Part shown: positions 38,270-50,489 of the stretch, in pieces | Layout: every line of letters begins with the position of its first letter | How positions within the stretch are numbered: position 1 is the stretch's first letter | NCBI GenBank assembly: GCA_030141605.1 | Contig: JAQGDQ010000800.1 | Location: 30,373 to 94,372, forward strand | DNA from: Tubiluchus corallicola | Lineage: Eukaryota > Animalia > Priapulida | DNA: 64,000 bases | Reading direction: 5' to 3' | The notes under the pieces: generated by a model | What the model saw: the letters and a program-made list of their open reading frames with translations, nothing else | Told to the model about the DNA's origin: nothing | The model's database searches: none | Position numbers and translations under genes: made by a program

Positions 38270-38615
38270 ACATTCAGTACAATATAAAGCACACAGTGAC
38301 ATGAAAATTATTACATCTACTATATTAAATTTATTATGTTTCGTACACTATCGTTATCATAAAAGAATAATTGTACTGCAGTGGGCTAGAGAAGCAAAGC
38401 CCACTGTCATGTGAACCTGATAAAAAAATGGATGAGTGAACAAAAAAAGAACTGGGAGAAAGGTTAGATCACACAGGAAGCGTAGAAGGATGTGTTAGTG
38501 GAAATGGTAGGAAGAAAGATAATAGATTGTGCTATATTGACATCAGCTCTAAAGATTTATCAATGATGCCTTGTTTTGCATAATCTGTACCAGGATTGTG
38601 GTATGATTGCTGCAG
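38270..38615 (-). mobile_element. Retroposon 3'-end repeat; inverted high-identity copy at about 52940-53290
   Basis: Shared CAGTGGGCT...AGCCCACTG hairpin and flanks; (TTTA)n tail at 38230-38265. Confidence 0.7.
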
Positions 38616-38846
38616 TAGGTGTGGGAAATTAGGAAGTGTTGTACTTGTTGAGAATCATTGCTGTTGTAAATTAGAACATTGTTTCAGCACAAATAAGTTG
38701 AAAATAGGAAAATTAGCGTCCACAACAACCACGTAAAGATGAAGTCTAAACATGTGTTAGCCAGCATTTAATTAAAACATTTTTTACCTTCGTGTTATAT
38801 TCACAAAAAATATATGCAAAAAATACATGCATGCAAAAATACATAC

Positions 38847-38960
38847 ATGCAGTCTCACAGGTCTTGCCAGTCCAACCAATACACGTACAGCTGAAGTCGT
38901 TAACTAAATCAGTGCAGACGCCATAATTTTTGCAAGGCATACGTGCACATTCATCAATAT
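38847..38960 (-). CDS. EGF exon 2 (calcium-binding type)
   Basis: [38 protein letters not shown]; 114 bp, donor gtatgt; DIDEC and CxDxxxxFxC cbEGF consensus. Confidence 0.92.
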
Positions 38961-41005
38961 CTAAAAATGAAAAAACCGTTTTTCGTTAAACACATTTTGG
39001 ATTACATAAACGTATTACTAGCTGATATAGAAGTGCTGGTCTATCATAAAAATAGTGCGTCGAGGTCATTCAAAATGGCCGCCGATGCACCTTTGAAGTT
39101 AAAATAAAAAACAAGCATTAAAGGTATCGTCAACTAATAGAACAATGTGCTCAGACATCGCGAAAACACTATTCCAAAGTCGAAGACAGTCACAGTGTTC
39201 AAAGTATGGCATCAACATCTAGAATGGCAAGTGCATTTTCACTCTAAAACTGAGTCGACGGCCATCTTGAATTATCAGACACCGAATGAACTTGAAACAC
39301 TATTTTTTCTGCAGCGCATAACAGTGCACTTTTTGTCAGCTTGTATCACAAATTATACAGACTGAAATGCTTATTAATTGAGTTATTTTGACTTTAAACC
39401 TGCATCGGCGGCCATTTTGAGCAACAATGACCTTGAAACAACATCATTTCTCTGACACCATATACTCCGGTCAAAATACAGTATGACCAGACAAATATAA
39501 CGCAAAACTGAAATTTGCCCAGACACCCAGAAAGTCGTCCAGCATTTTCAAAATCCCATGCAATCCACTTTCGTGAAAATAATTATGAAGCTTCAAAATT
39601 CAAAATGGCCGCCAATCATTATAAAGTCAAAATTGCTCAAGAAGAAGGCATTTAAGATAGCATAAATATATTACTAGCTGGTATAAAAGTGCGTATCAGA
39701 AAATTGGCCTACCAAGAAAGTAGTGGGCCTTTCAATAGAATGCGTAAATGTATTGCCAATTGTAACAAATGGGAGAAGTTGAGTAGTTTCAAGGTCATTT
39801 AGGGTCACTGTTATTCAAAATTGCCACTGACGTAGGTTTATGGTCCAAATAACTCAAATAATAAAGTGCATAATTGTAGTCTATCTGAAAAAATTGTGTT
39901 CCAAGGTCATTCAGAATCTGATAATTCAAGATGTATCGACGCAGTTTTAGAGTCTTTCACCGTGGACCAGTGTTTTCTTACTGTCTGAGCGTATTTTTCT
40001 ATCAGGTGATAATACATGTACGCAGCCAACAAAGCTTCTTAATTAATTTATTTTGACTTCAAAGTTGCATCAGCAGCCATTTTCAATGACCATGAGTGAA
40101 AATGACCTTAAAACACTTCCTTCTGCTGATAATATATTCATGTAATCCAAAATGTTTACTATTTGAGTTATTTTGAATGACCTTAACATTGGATGACCTT
40201 GAAATACTATTTTGCTAATAGGCCACACACACTTTTCTCAGCTGGTAACACATTTATACCATCTTAAATGTCACCTAGTTGAACTACGTTGTCTTTACAG
40301 CAGCGGGGGCCACATTGAATTCAAAGCCCCATAACTGTATCCTTCATTCTGAATGACTTTCTGAGAGTCTATGCAAAACTTTTAAGTTATCTTTTATGCG
40401 ATTATCGATTTTGCTCGATTATCTTGGGCAATCCAGAAAAATCACCATAGTACTTGTTTTTTAATGTACAAAACAATTACACATTTTATTCTCTTTATTT
40501 AACAGGCATTCGTCTACAAATTCTGTGTTTTTCTATATAAAACTATTTACTATAGTAGCTAGACTCATATACAGTCTTATCATTGGTTAAGTAATGATTG
40601 CCAAAGCAATATTATATCATTTTGCGAAGAGATTTTTCAAGAAGATTTCTGTCCATAGTCTTGCTTGTTAAGTGGTTCCTGTAAACGAAGTTCTTTTGCA
40701 GAAGGTCGCAAATTTGTGCGTTCAGAAAGTCCTCGCTTAACGACGCCCCCAATTAGCGACGTTTCGCTTTAACGACGCTGAACATTTGACACATTTTTTC
40801 ACTTAACGACGCACGTTTCACTTTAGCGACGATTTTTTTACTCTGTTCATGCCAAATTTTTATTTTATCAATAACATTTTTACCTAATTTGATGCATTAA
40901 AACAGTGCATAATTGTGTACTGTTCTGTTCGAAAAATGTACTAATAACGTAACCAGGGTAATTTTTATAGGTTTTTGCTTCACTACTGACTACTAAATGC
41001 CAGCC

Positions 41006-41278
41006 GTTTATATCAAGTGAGACCTGTTTATATCAAGTGAGACCTGTTTATATATCAAGTGAGACCTGTTTATATCAAGTGAGACCTGTTTATATCAAGT
41101 GAGACCTGTTTGTATCGAGTGAGACCTGTTTATAACGGTGAGACCTGTTTATATCGAGTGAGTGAGACCTGTTTATATCGAGTGAGTGAGACCTGTTTAT
41201 ATCAAGTGAGACCTGTTTTTATCAAGTGAGACCTGTTTATATCAAGTGAGACCTGTTTATATATCAAGTGAGACCTGC
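41006..41278. repeat. 20-bp minisatellite GTTTATATCAAGTGAGACCT, about 13 copies
   Basis: Direct inspection. Confidence 0.93.
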
Positions 41279-41390
41279 AAACAAACTATGCATGCAACCT
41301 GTTGCTATAGCAACCAGACTAGAAATCTAGATAAAATTCCTAAGGGTGCCCAGGGCTTGGCTTTGACTCTGTAGTTCTTATTGTTTAGCC

Positions 41391-43227
41391 CATGGGTTCC
41401 CAATCTCATGGTCGTGGCTCCATTTGGGGTTGCAAAGCACTTTTCGTAGGGCCACACGCTAATCCAAAATATTTTTTAAAAATCCTGTTTTCAGGAAATG
41501 TACGTCTTGAGTAAAATAGTTCGTTGTATTGGTTGTGCATAGCTGATTATTGGAGTTTTAGGGATGGCAAAACTATGAAGAGTCAGATTATAAAACTACA
41601 CGTTTATTGAACATCAAACACAATGAATATAACAGATAGTAATGCCAAGCCCCCTGATCTAGCCTACTCTGCCTCAGCTCCAGACTCAATCCCCTGAGCT
41701 GGGCGCATCACAAGGCTTATATATCGTGCGCCGAGCTTCGACACCTCGATTCTGAATCACTTACTCACGTGACACCACACCTTAACTGGGCTTCATGCCA
41801 GCATTCATCAGCATAATTATCTATCATAATCTAACGCTTTTAATATAGTTAAACAGGTCCTCTTTTACTGTAATGTTATCATCAGCAACTGTATCTACAG
41901 TCTACACAAATGAAAGAACTAGCCTCTAAGAACTAACATGTTGTTTATTAGCATAGACGATCGTTTTGACAACAACTGTCATTTTCAATGATAAAATCCA
42001 GCCAAAACAAATAATAAGTACAATTATGACACCACTAGCCAAGGCTAAAATAAACTATATCACTACACAATCACAATCTTTGCCAGAATCTGATATATAA
42101 GGAACTATTTTCGTGTTTCCTTTACAGTTTTCTTCACTTAAGAACCTCTTTCTAAGTTATTGCTAGTTGTATTCTGACAATTTGAATTTCTGTCTTTCAA
42201 CAGGTTCAAGTTCAACAGATCTGCTTTACTTCTTGCTTCCTCAGTCTCTCATTACATCATTTTGTTCTGGAAAGTGAAACTGGGTTTCTCCGCTCTAAAT
42301 GCGGTATATCAGTGCTTGATTTACCGGGAAAATGAAAATGCACGCTGTTCCATGCCGTGCACATGTGTGCAGTGTACACCGCCCGTCGGTTTGAAATAGA
42401 ATCGGACATGATTGTTGTGCTGAGTAGCATTGAGCCACGCATTTCAAAACTGAGAAACAGACGCAAACATCACATTAATTAATTACTGAAACAATCACTC
42501 ATTGTTGATTAGTAAGTTAAAATTAATGAATGCAAACAACAGTGATGTTTAATATTATAACATGTGATTATGTTCTTTGTGGCTCTCTATTTTTAATACA
42601 ACAACCTTGATTAATTTTGCAATTAATCGAATGTATGATTCACACTTAAATTGCTTCAAGACAATTGATTTCGGCACTCGTTCAATTGCCCGACTCCGAG
42701 GGCTTCGGTTCAGTTGATAAGGCTATGATCTGGTCCCACACAACTGTAACCACGAAATATTGCGTTGTGGGTGTACAGATCTTTGTCCCTCGAGTTTTCA
42801 AGCTAGCTCAAGCAATGACCTGCACAAAATAACTTCCTGACTTGTTCATCAACAAATGGCCAGCGCCGGACGCACTTTATGTCCGCTAATTGGCATGTAA
42901 CTCTTTAGCAAGCCGGCATCTTCTTTTAATCTTTCTCTTCCTTGTTCACTAACCTACGTCATCTGAACTCATTAGATTCGAACTCTTGAACTCATTAAAT
43001 TCAAGCTACAAGCTGGGTGAGTCACTTATAACGAAATTGTATGGTTTTCAATATCAAACCCACGGTGGAGTAGTTTTATCTCCGAAATCTAATTATTCAA
43101 TGATTTCAATTAATATCCAATTAATTGTATATTTTAAATTTGATTCACAACATCTTCGAGGGGTCGCGATATGATGCAGCAGGATTCCGGAAAGGGGTCG
43201 CCATCAGCAACAGGCTGGGAACCACTG
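41391..43227 (+). mobile_element. Non-autonomous hAT (Buster/Charlie) element with transposase C-terminal remnant
   Basis: TIRs CATGGGTTCCCA/TGGGAACCACTG; imperfect nnnTAnnn TSD (GTTTAGCC/GTTTAACT). At about 42275-42477 it reads ETGF/SALNAV...FEIESDMIVVLSSIEPRISKL.KQTQTSH*, the Buster/ZBED5-type C-terminus. Confidence 0.75.
41509..42191 (-). mobile_element. LTR-like repeat family, copy D
   Basis: Reverse complement of 35990-36655; flanked by GTCTT on both sides (possible 5-bp TSD). Confidence 0.8.
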
Positions 43228-43602
43228 GTTTAACTGCTGGCTAGGCTTCAACGTTAACGAAAGAAAAACTATAGCTAGCTATTGGTAGGTGTTGGCAAGT
43301 AATCTTGGGTGTTTTCAGACAAGCAGAAAGAAATTAATCACTAGAAACATGAATAAAATATTTAAATTATGTAACTTAACCAACATGATTTCAGGAACAT
43401 GTCTCCTTCTTTTACATTACTTTCTGTGGGAGTCTTGGCTTCGTTTAACAACGTTTCACTTAACGTTGTGTTTTGTTGGAACACATTAGCGCTGTTAAGC
43501 GAGGAATCACTGAATACCTTACATTGTTTAAAACTGACTTAACTTAACGTTGCAAATAAGGCTAAGTTACCTTTACATTCAAAATAACATATAAACAGTT
43601 AC

Positions 43603-43716
43603 CAGTTTGACAGTTTTTACCACTATATCCTGGTGCACAATCGCAGGTATAATATGCAGTTTTATCGATGCAGGTGCCACCGTGTAAACACGGTTCAGTG
43701 GAGCATGGATTAATAC
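43603..43716 (-). CDS. EGF exon 1
   Basis: cttttcag|[37 protein letters not shown]|gtaac; 114 bp, phase 1-1. Confidence 0.93.
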
Positions 43717-44169
43717 CTGAAAAGTGTTAAAAAATTGCCAAACGTAATTACGTTATCACAATGTGTTGCTAAGTTACGGTCATGAAACGTAAAGGCAAAA
43801 ATACGTCTTTTTGCCTTATTAAAATTATCTTGCATTTACAGCAGAATCTGTTTGATTTGCCAACGGTTTTTATTTATTGTTTGTGCCTTTTTGTTTCTTT
43901 ATCAATATGGTTTTAACAACAATAGAATTAGCACTACTATACCACTTGATGTACACAAACTACATCCATAACTGACATGTAAGTGTTCAATAAAAGGCTG
44001 AAGAAACTACGCATATTTTTCTTGTTCTCAAGCAAGATCCTGCTAGTAAATCACTCTGGCACTGACTAATGGATAATTAAGTAAAGTCCACGTCAAACAA
44101 ACAGAAGTTACTGAACTGATGCGACAGACGGCTTTGCTTTACACACACGTCACGTAACAATTGTTGTAG

Positions 44170-44345
44170 CTTACAGCCCCTTTTGACCTGAACATTGAAA
44201 AAGCACCAGTTTAAAGAAAATAAATATGCAAACTTGGAGATAGACGTTGAAAAAACCGGTTTTGAAGTGCACTAATCTGCAATCGAGATTGCGAGTCGTG
44301 GATTCATTTTGAAAACCAATGAAAAAAGATTAAAAAGTTTTCTAT
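44170..44345 (+). mobile_element. Fragment of the restriction-like endonuclease domain of an RLE-type non-LTR retrotransposon
   Basis: LTAPFDLNIEKA/QFKENKYANLEIDVEKTGFEVH*SAIEIASRGFI matches the ELTxP...KxxKY...ExGxRGF pattern of R2/HERO/NeSL-group elements. Confidence 0.7.
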
Positions 44346-44351
44346 TAATTT

Positions 44352-45060
44352 CTATCGAAGGCCCCGCAAAAAAATTTTGCTTATCAATACACGTATAATC
44401 AAAAATACGCAAACATCCTACATAGTCCTCATTTATAACGCAAAGTCAGCAGCAGTAGCAGCTTTTAATGAATGAAAGCTATAAGGTTACAGACAGAGTA
44501 TAATGGATGACGTCAGAACAATGGCTTTGCGTCAGCAGTTTTCAAAGCGAAAATAGAACATCTAATTAACTCGTCGATACTCCTCTCAGTGGACATGCCC
44601 TAAAATGCAGCCTGTTTGTTCTCTTTCTAAAGAGCTATATATCTCCTTTCGAGAGTCCCACCAGGCGCCGCTAGAACGTTTTTTCTGCATGCCATTTGAT
44701 CGAAATTTCGAAAAAAATCGAGAGTTGGGTCCAGGAAAACGCCCGTTACGGGACGCCGTGGCCCTCTCGCGAATTCTAAATACGTGTATCACACCCACCG
44801 CTGAACAGGATGTCTATCCATAGCCAGCACCCCCTCGGCCCGTTCCCGTTCACCAGATCTCAGACGTATAACTTTTGCAAAAAAACGACCGAAAAATGGC
44901 CATTTTTGGAGGTTTTTCGATCCCCGTTCGTCCCAGTGGGCCCGATTCTTACCCACTTATTAAACCAATTATTACACCGAAGCCACACGAAGTTTAAAGA
45001 TCTCAACAAAGTGGAAAATTAGTTATCGTGTCATTTTTACTATTTTTAAATCCAAAACCG
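44352..45060 (-). mobile_element. Helitron-like non-autonomous element (copy 1)
   Basis: 44352-44612 is homologous to 49473-49570 plus 50345-50475; it has a degenerate terminal hairpin. The far end is uncertain. Confidence 0.5.
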
Positions 45061-45079
45061 TTTCAGCTTCAGCTTAGTA

Positions 45080-45420
45080 TGCCTTTCACAGTTTCGCTAT
45101 GCAAACCCAAGGATCAGTGTATTACAGCAAGGCGTCTCAACTACAACTGTTACGTGACGTGTGTGTAAAGCAAAACCGTTTGCCGCATCAGTTCAGCAAC
45201 TTCAGTTTGATTGACGTGGACTTTAAATGATTTACTAGCAGGATCTTGCTTGAGAACGAGAAAAATAAACAAGGTAAGGTTCTAGCTAGTTGTTAAAACT
45301 GTTACTATTACAACAGCATGGACTGCGAGGCGTTGTCAAGTGTACACAAGTGCGTCGTCTTGTACAATTAACCTTTGACCTTTTCACGATCATTATCAAT
45401 CGCTGGAACTGTGAAAAGGC
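45080..45420. mobile_element. MITE, inverted copy of 32010-32318
   Basis: GCCTTTCACAGTT...AACTGTGAAAAGGC TIRs. Confidence 0.72.
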
Positions 45421-46207
45421 TTATTAATTTGAGTAGGGTAACAATTAATTGCGCCAGTATAGAACTGTGTTTATTCCACGTCACGTTGATCATATCGGTC
45501 ATTGAAATTGCTCAAAGTGTTGAGAATTTATTTCCATTGACTGTTTATGTAATATTTTGATTAATTTGCTTGCATTAATGCCATTATTCAATTCAATTCA
45601 ATTTTAATTTATACAATAAAACATGATTAATAAAAGTATCTCTAATAAGTTTTGAAGAATGGTTAAAATGTACAGAAAGATCTAGAACTAGAGAAAGGAT
45701 AGCGAAAAGACAATTCAATTCAATTAATTTTATTTATCTCTTTATAATGCTACAATAAAACATAATTAATAAAAGTATCTCTAATAAGTTTTGAAGAATG
45801 GTTAAAATGTATAGATAGATCTAGAACTAGAGAAAGGATGGCGAAAAGACTATAAAGTCACCTAGTCTGCTATCTTTTACCAAATATAGATAAAAAGATT
45901 TTTTAGACACTGGTGGGCATTAATGTTATCAGTTTAATTTAGGAAACATTAGTAATTTTTAAAATTATGACATTTGCTATATAATCCAGAGTAAAGAAAA
46001 TACGTGTAGTTTAATTAGCGGGCAACAAAATAAGGTCAATCTTGATTAAACTAAAAATTGCATTTAGATTTTATGTGAAATACAGGTCAAAATTGTTATG
46101 AAATGATAAAAACACTTTGGGTTAATAATGCTAATAATCAAGAACAGGAGTTAAATACATTTGGATTTGATACATTACATAGTTGTTAGTAGAGAGATGC
46201 AACGTAC

Positions 46208-46235
46208 CAATGAAATCAGTACTGTTCCACGGTAT
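46208..46235 (-). CDS. Candidate 28-nt exon of the EGF gene (IPWNSTDFI)
   Basis: tcgcag|...|gtacgt; ends in phase 1 as EGF exon 1 requires; contains an NST sequon. No homology support. Confidence 0.4.
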
Positions 46236-46849
46236 CTGCGATGCACATCCGGAAATTACAGACAAAACACACACAGAAAAGAGAAATCCATTCATATTCC
46301 ATTCAGAAAACCTTAAATGTCTTTGAAACAGAAAATAATCGCGCTGTTGTCAAAGTACTAAATATAGTGTTCCAATTGTTAGACAAAACACCAGATCGTT
46401 AAAGTATATTTCAGTGAATTATCGGTTCTTTCTGTAGAACATGGCGATTGTGTTTTGCATTGATCATTGTGACGTTCTAATGACAGCGTGAAAAACTTAA
46501 TTAGAGCCTTTTTTAACTTTAATGTTTCGCAATGGAACTAGTTGTTTATGTATGTATAGGTTTTACATGTCAAATAGTCAGATAACCTATACAACATACA
46601 GAAAGCACAGTGATTATTTCAGCCACTGTGCTATAGGTCCTAACCACAAAGGATGCAGAATGAAAATACAAGATCCATACTAACCTTAAAATGATAGACT
46701 TTATCTTTTTCCTTAAAGCTCTCTGTTCCAACTATTAATGAATTTTGTAATTTTTACATTACGAAAGAGGCAAAATTCCTGTCAAATGCAAATATTTTTA
46801 AGGCAGTAGTCAGGTAACTAGGGACTTGATAGTACAAAAATGATAGTAC

Positions 46850-47351
46850 TATAGGTTTTACATGTCAAATGTAGACCTGCTTTAACTCAAATGTAGATTT
46901 AAGTAATTCAAATGTGTCTTGGTAACTCAAATGTAGACTTAGGTAGTTCAAATGTGTTAACAATGGTTTTCAACAAATCTTAAGGGTTTTTGGTAAGTCA
47001 AATGTAGACACATGTCAAGTCAAATGTGACATTGGTATCTCAAATATGGATAAATGTTAATGTTCAAGGATGTTAAATTTAATCTTCTTTAATTTCAATT
47101 TAATTATTCTCTTAAGTTAAAATAACAACGTTATAGGCCTACTAATAGATGCACTACCTTTGGTTTATCTTTTTCTAATTTGCACTTAAATAACTTAGTT
47201 ACCGATTTATTCAAAGTAATGCATCTACATTTGACTTACCTAAGTCACATTTGAGTTACCAAAACACATTCGAAATTCCTATGTCTGCATTTGACTTACC
47301 TAAGTCACATTTGAACTTTCCTGTGTCTACATTTGACGTGTAAAACCTATA
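46850..47351. mobile_element. MITE with 27-bp TIRs and TCAAATGT subterminal repeats
   Basis: TATAGGTTTTACATGTCAAATGTAGAC ... GTCTACATTTGACGTGTAAAACCTATA; an orphan TIR copy lies at about 46555. Confidence 0.85.
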
Positions 47352-48444
47352 AAATTTTGTTTAGCAGTAAGTCCCTAATTAGCTTCTTTGCTGATAACGG
47401 TAACTTGTCAGCTTGTTCCATTTAATTTACAGTTTGTTAAAAATTATGAAATGTCTACACTACATTTGATAATTCAAATCTAAAGAGAGTTTCAAAAGAT
47501 ACCATTAAATGTAAATATAGTCTTGATAATGACAAATTGAATACTGTACACTTTTATTATATATACATTTTGAGTTAGCTACATTTTACCAATTGGTGAA
47601 AACATTTTAAATAATTAATAATTTTCTTTTCTAGTTACATAAGTCTCTCTAGTAGGTAAGCGAAAATCTAAGTAATATAGATTTGCACGGAAAGTCTTTT
47701 GAAATATAATTTAACATTGCTTTCTCTTCCCTTCATTTACGTTTGGTGCATGACGTCATGTAATGGCGACTTCGGAACAGTATTGCGGGACGATTTATCG
47801 TATTATTTAAAACGAAAACAAACTAAAATTCCTTTCAGTGCCAGTAAGATATACGCATAAAATTGCTATAAAGTAATATAATTTTTTAAGGCGATTTTTC
47901 TGAAACCTACTTCAGGTGCCCATTTTCTTGTCCTTTAAATCGGGACTAAGTTATGCAATTTACGGTTGGTACAAGATTAGCGTATGAAACAGTTAATCAT
48001 GCGTGACCGCCTTATCATTTTCCGCCCATAATCCATTCGACTGTCACAATGTAGACAATCAAGGGAGAATATAACGAATAATTCACGCGTTTAATTCTTT
48101 GTTGTATTATCTGATCTGGATTTACCCTGTAGGGTACTGCTTAAAGGCCTAATTAGTTACCTGGAATTGTGCTCGTCAAACTTTTACATCTTATGAACAC
48201 ACAGGACGCAGAGTAGGATCACTTAGCTCACCTTCCTGTAAGATTATCCCATGTAGACTCGAGACCGGTTCTTGGAATTCCATTAGTTCCGGTCTGTAGT
48301 TGAACCATACATTAACCTTGTCCAACTACAGAAGGCGAGTGGTCAACCATGGACCTTACAAGATAACGAAGACACAGGCTTACGAGCTGTACAGTACTCT
48401 CAGCTCCAACATTCATAGGTTGTTCACAATTGTACAGCAAAAGT

Positions 48445-48765
48445 AATCTGAGTTTTCTTGCAAAGTGAGTTAACGTGACTGTGGATTAGGACAACAGTTA
48501 ATCTGAGTTTTCTTGCAATCTGAGTTAACGTGACTGGATTAGGACAACAGTTAATCTGAGTTTTCTTGCAATCTGAGTTAACGTGACTGGATTAGGACAA
48601 CAGTTAATCTGAGTTTTCTTGCAATCTGAGTTAACGTGACTGTGGATTAGGACAACAGTCAATCTGAGTTTTCTTGCTATCTGAGGTAACGTGACTGGAT
48701 TAGGACAACAGTTAATCTGAGTTTTCTTGCAATCTTACATAACGTGACTGGATTACGACAATAGT
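48445..48765. repeat. Minisatellite, 53-55-bp unit x6
   Basis: AATCTGAGTTTTCTTGCAATCTGAGTTAACGTGACTGGATTAGGACAACAGTT repeated. Confidence 0.92.
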
Positions 48766-48835
48766 GGGCGAACGCAGTGTGTAGTTTACATTATTTTCTT
48801 AGGGTTGTCTGAAAGGTAAAGGTTTACACGTGAAA

Positions 48836-49405
48836 ATGTGGTTTCTTGGCGTTTTTCTACTAATATCTATCAGTTCTGCAAGCGACGTACCTTGCACTTG
48901 CAACTGTTACTGCAAGGTTGATAGCTCGGCACTTTCGCGGCCGCAAGGACCCAACCCCGGCAGGACGTCCTGTCCCGGTGGCTTCCTACGACACGAAGAC
49001 AATTGCTACTACTTCTCTCGCCCCGAGGAAAATTACAACTGGTTTGGAGCAGCCAACTTGTGTAAGCAAAAGGGCAGCGAACTGGTAACGATAGATACCA
49101 GAGAGGAAGACGACTTCATCCGCGGATACTTGAGTAAAAACTACGATTCCTCTTACAGTTTCTGGATTGGTTTAAACAGTTTGGAAAACTTCGACAAGTG
49201 GGTGTGGTTGGAAACGGGGCGTGAAGTGACGTCCTACGTGAACTGGGCTTCAGCTACTTCTGAACCGAATCGACGTGAAACCGAGCATTGTGGGATACTA
49301 TGGTTTGCTCTTTCTCGTAACTGGGCAGACGCAATTTGTTATTGGCCGCATAATCCTCAGCTTCCGTATCCTATTGGATACATATGCAAGACACGACTAT
49401 TATGA
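48836..49405 (+). CDS. Secreted C-type lectin (perlucin-like), 189 aa, intronless CDS
   Basis: Signal peptide MWFLGVFLLISISSA; long-form CTLD with CPGGF...CYYF, W..A...C, FWIGL, WVW, EPN, HC, WAD, YIC; possible acceptor at 48802. Confidence 0.93.
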   Translation: MWFLGVFLLISISSASDVPCTCNCYCKVDSSALSRPQGPNPGRTSCPGGFLRHEDNCYYFSRPEENYNWFGAANLCKQKGSELVTIDTREEDDFIRGYLSKNYDSSYSFWIGLNSLENFDKWVWLETGREVTSYVNWASATSEPNRRETEHCGILWFALSRNWADAICYWPHNPQLPYPIGYICKTRLL

Positions 49406-49472
49406 ACATTAATTTGAACATAAATGCTTTGAAATCTGTGCTAACATCCTATTATGAACATTAATTTGGACA

Positions 49473-50475
49473 CTAGCAAAGGCCCCGCAAAAGATTTTGC
49501 GTATAAATACACGTGTAATCAATAATACGCAAACGTCCTACCAAGTCCTCATTTATAACACAAAGCCCGTAACATCCTGCCTACTTACCTAACGCAAAGC
49601 CTGTAGCACGTAACATCATGCCTACTGTATGTCTGTTTATCTAACGCAAAGCCTGTAGCAGCTTTTTGCTGCTTATAAACTTAAAGATTTTGTATAAGTT
49701 TTTGTTATATTTTGATTTCATTTTGTCTGATTTACAGTTGAAATAGTTTTTCGATGGTTTAATTTATTATATTTTCTTTCTCGACAAATTCAGTCATTGA
49801 TGTTATTATTACAACATTTCAGTTTTGTTTTTTCTTATTTGCTTTTGTTTCTTGTTTTGTTTTGTATGATTTATATTTGCCTTATTTTTCCTTGGTTTAA
49901 TCTATTATATTTTTTTCTCGACAGCTTTGGTTGATCATTCTACTGTTTTTTTGTTTTTTTTGCCGGATTTTTTAGTTAATGCTCAAATTATGCATTTTCT
50001 GTTATCTTAAAAATCTCAAGTTATTTTTATTGTGTTTGCTTCGCATGATTCACACTATTTTAGAATTGTAAATCTTTCGTTATTTAAACTATATGTTCTA
50101 CAGTATTACGATACCTATCCTTCAATTGCCAAATTAACACACATCAACCGAATACAAATTTAAATTGATAACGATGCCATAATTAAGTTTATTTAATCAT
50201 AACTTTTTAAGGGTGGCTGACTTGATAACCTACGGGTTCTTCGCTGCCCTTTTCCTTTGCTTCAAAATATTTCATGTATTCCTGATACTGTATTTTTATC
50301 GTTCTAACGGAGATAATAAATAATTGAATTGAATTGAAATTATAGACAGAGTACAATGGATGACGTCAGCACAATGGAATGCGGTCTGCAGTTTTCTAAG
50401 CGAAAATTTGCGGAAAATTGAACACCTAATTAACTCGTCGGTACTCCTCTCGGTGGACCTGTCCTAACATATAGC
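49473..50475 (-). mobile_element. Helitron-like element (copy 2) with a clear 3' terminus
   Basis: Minus strand ends CGCAAAA-TC-TTTTGCG (hairpin), 9 nt, then CTAG|T, the canonical Helitron 3' signature. The 5' TC end was not located. Confidence 0.65.
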
Positions 50476-50489
50476 CCACACCATCGTGT

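Larger units (their letters stand above)
40723..43512. mobile_element. pogo/Tigger-like element split by nested insertions
   Basis: CAGAAAGTCCTCGCTTAAC at the left and GTTAAGCGAGGAATCACTG at the right, with TTAACGACG subterminal repeats; the TA flanks have decayed. Confidence 0.65.

Noticed and set aside
40470-40525. VDECL...C-C fragment resembling a fifth EGF exon
   Set aside because: Wrong cysteine spacing, early stop and no donor.
41006-41278. CRISPR-like appearance of short regular repeats (also 25888-26128, 48445-48765, 16868-17102)
   Set aside because: Head-to-tail units without unique spacers, no cas genes, and a eukaryotic context.
48160-48360. Candidate upstream or signal-peptide exon of the EGF gene (good donors at 48160 and 48231)
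   Set aside because: Several acceptor/frame choices are possible, none gives a recognisable domain or an intact signal peptide; left unassigned.
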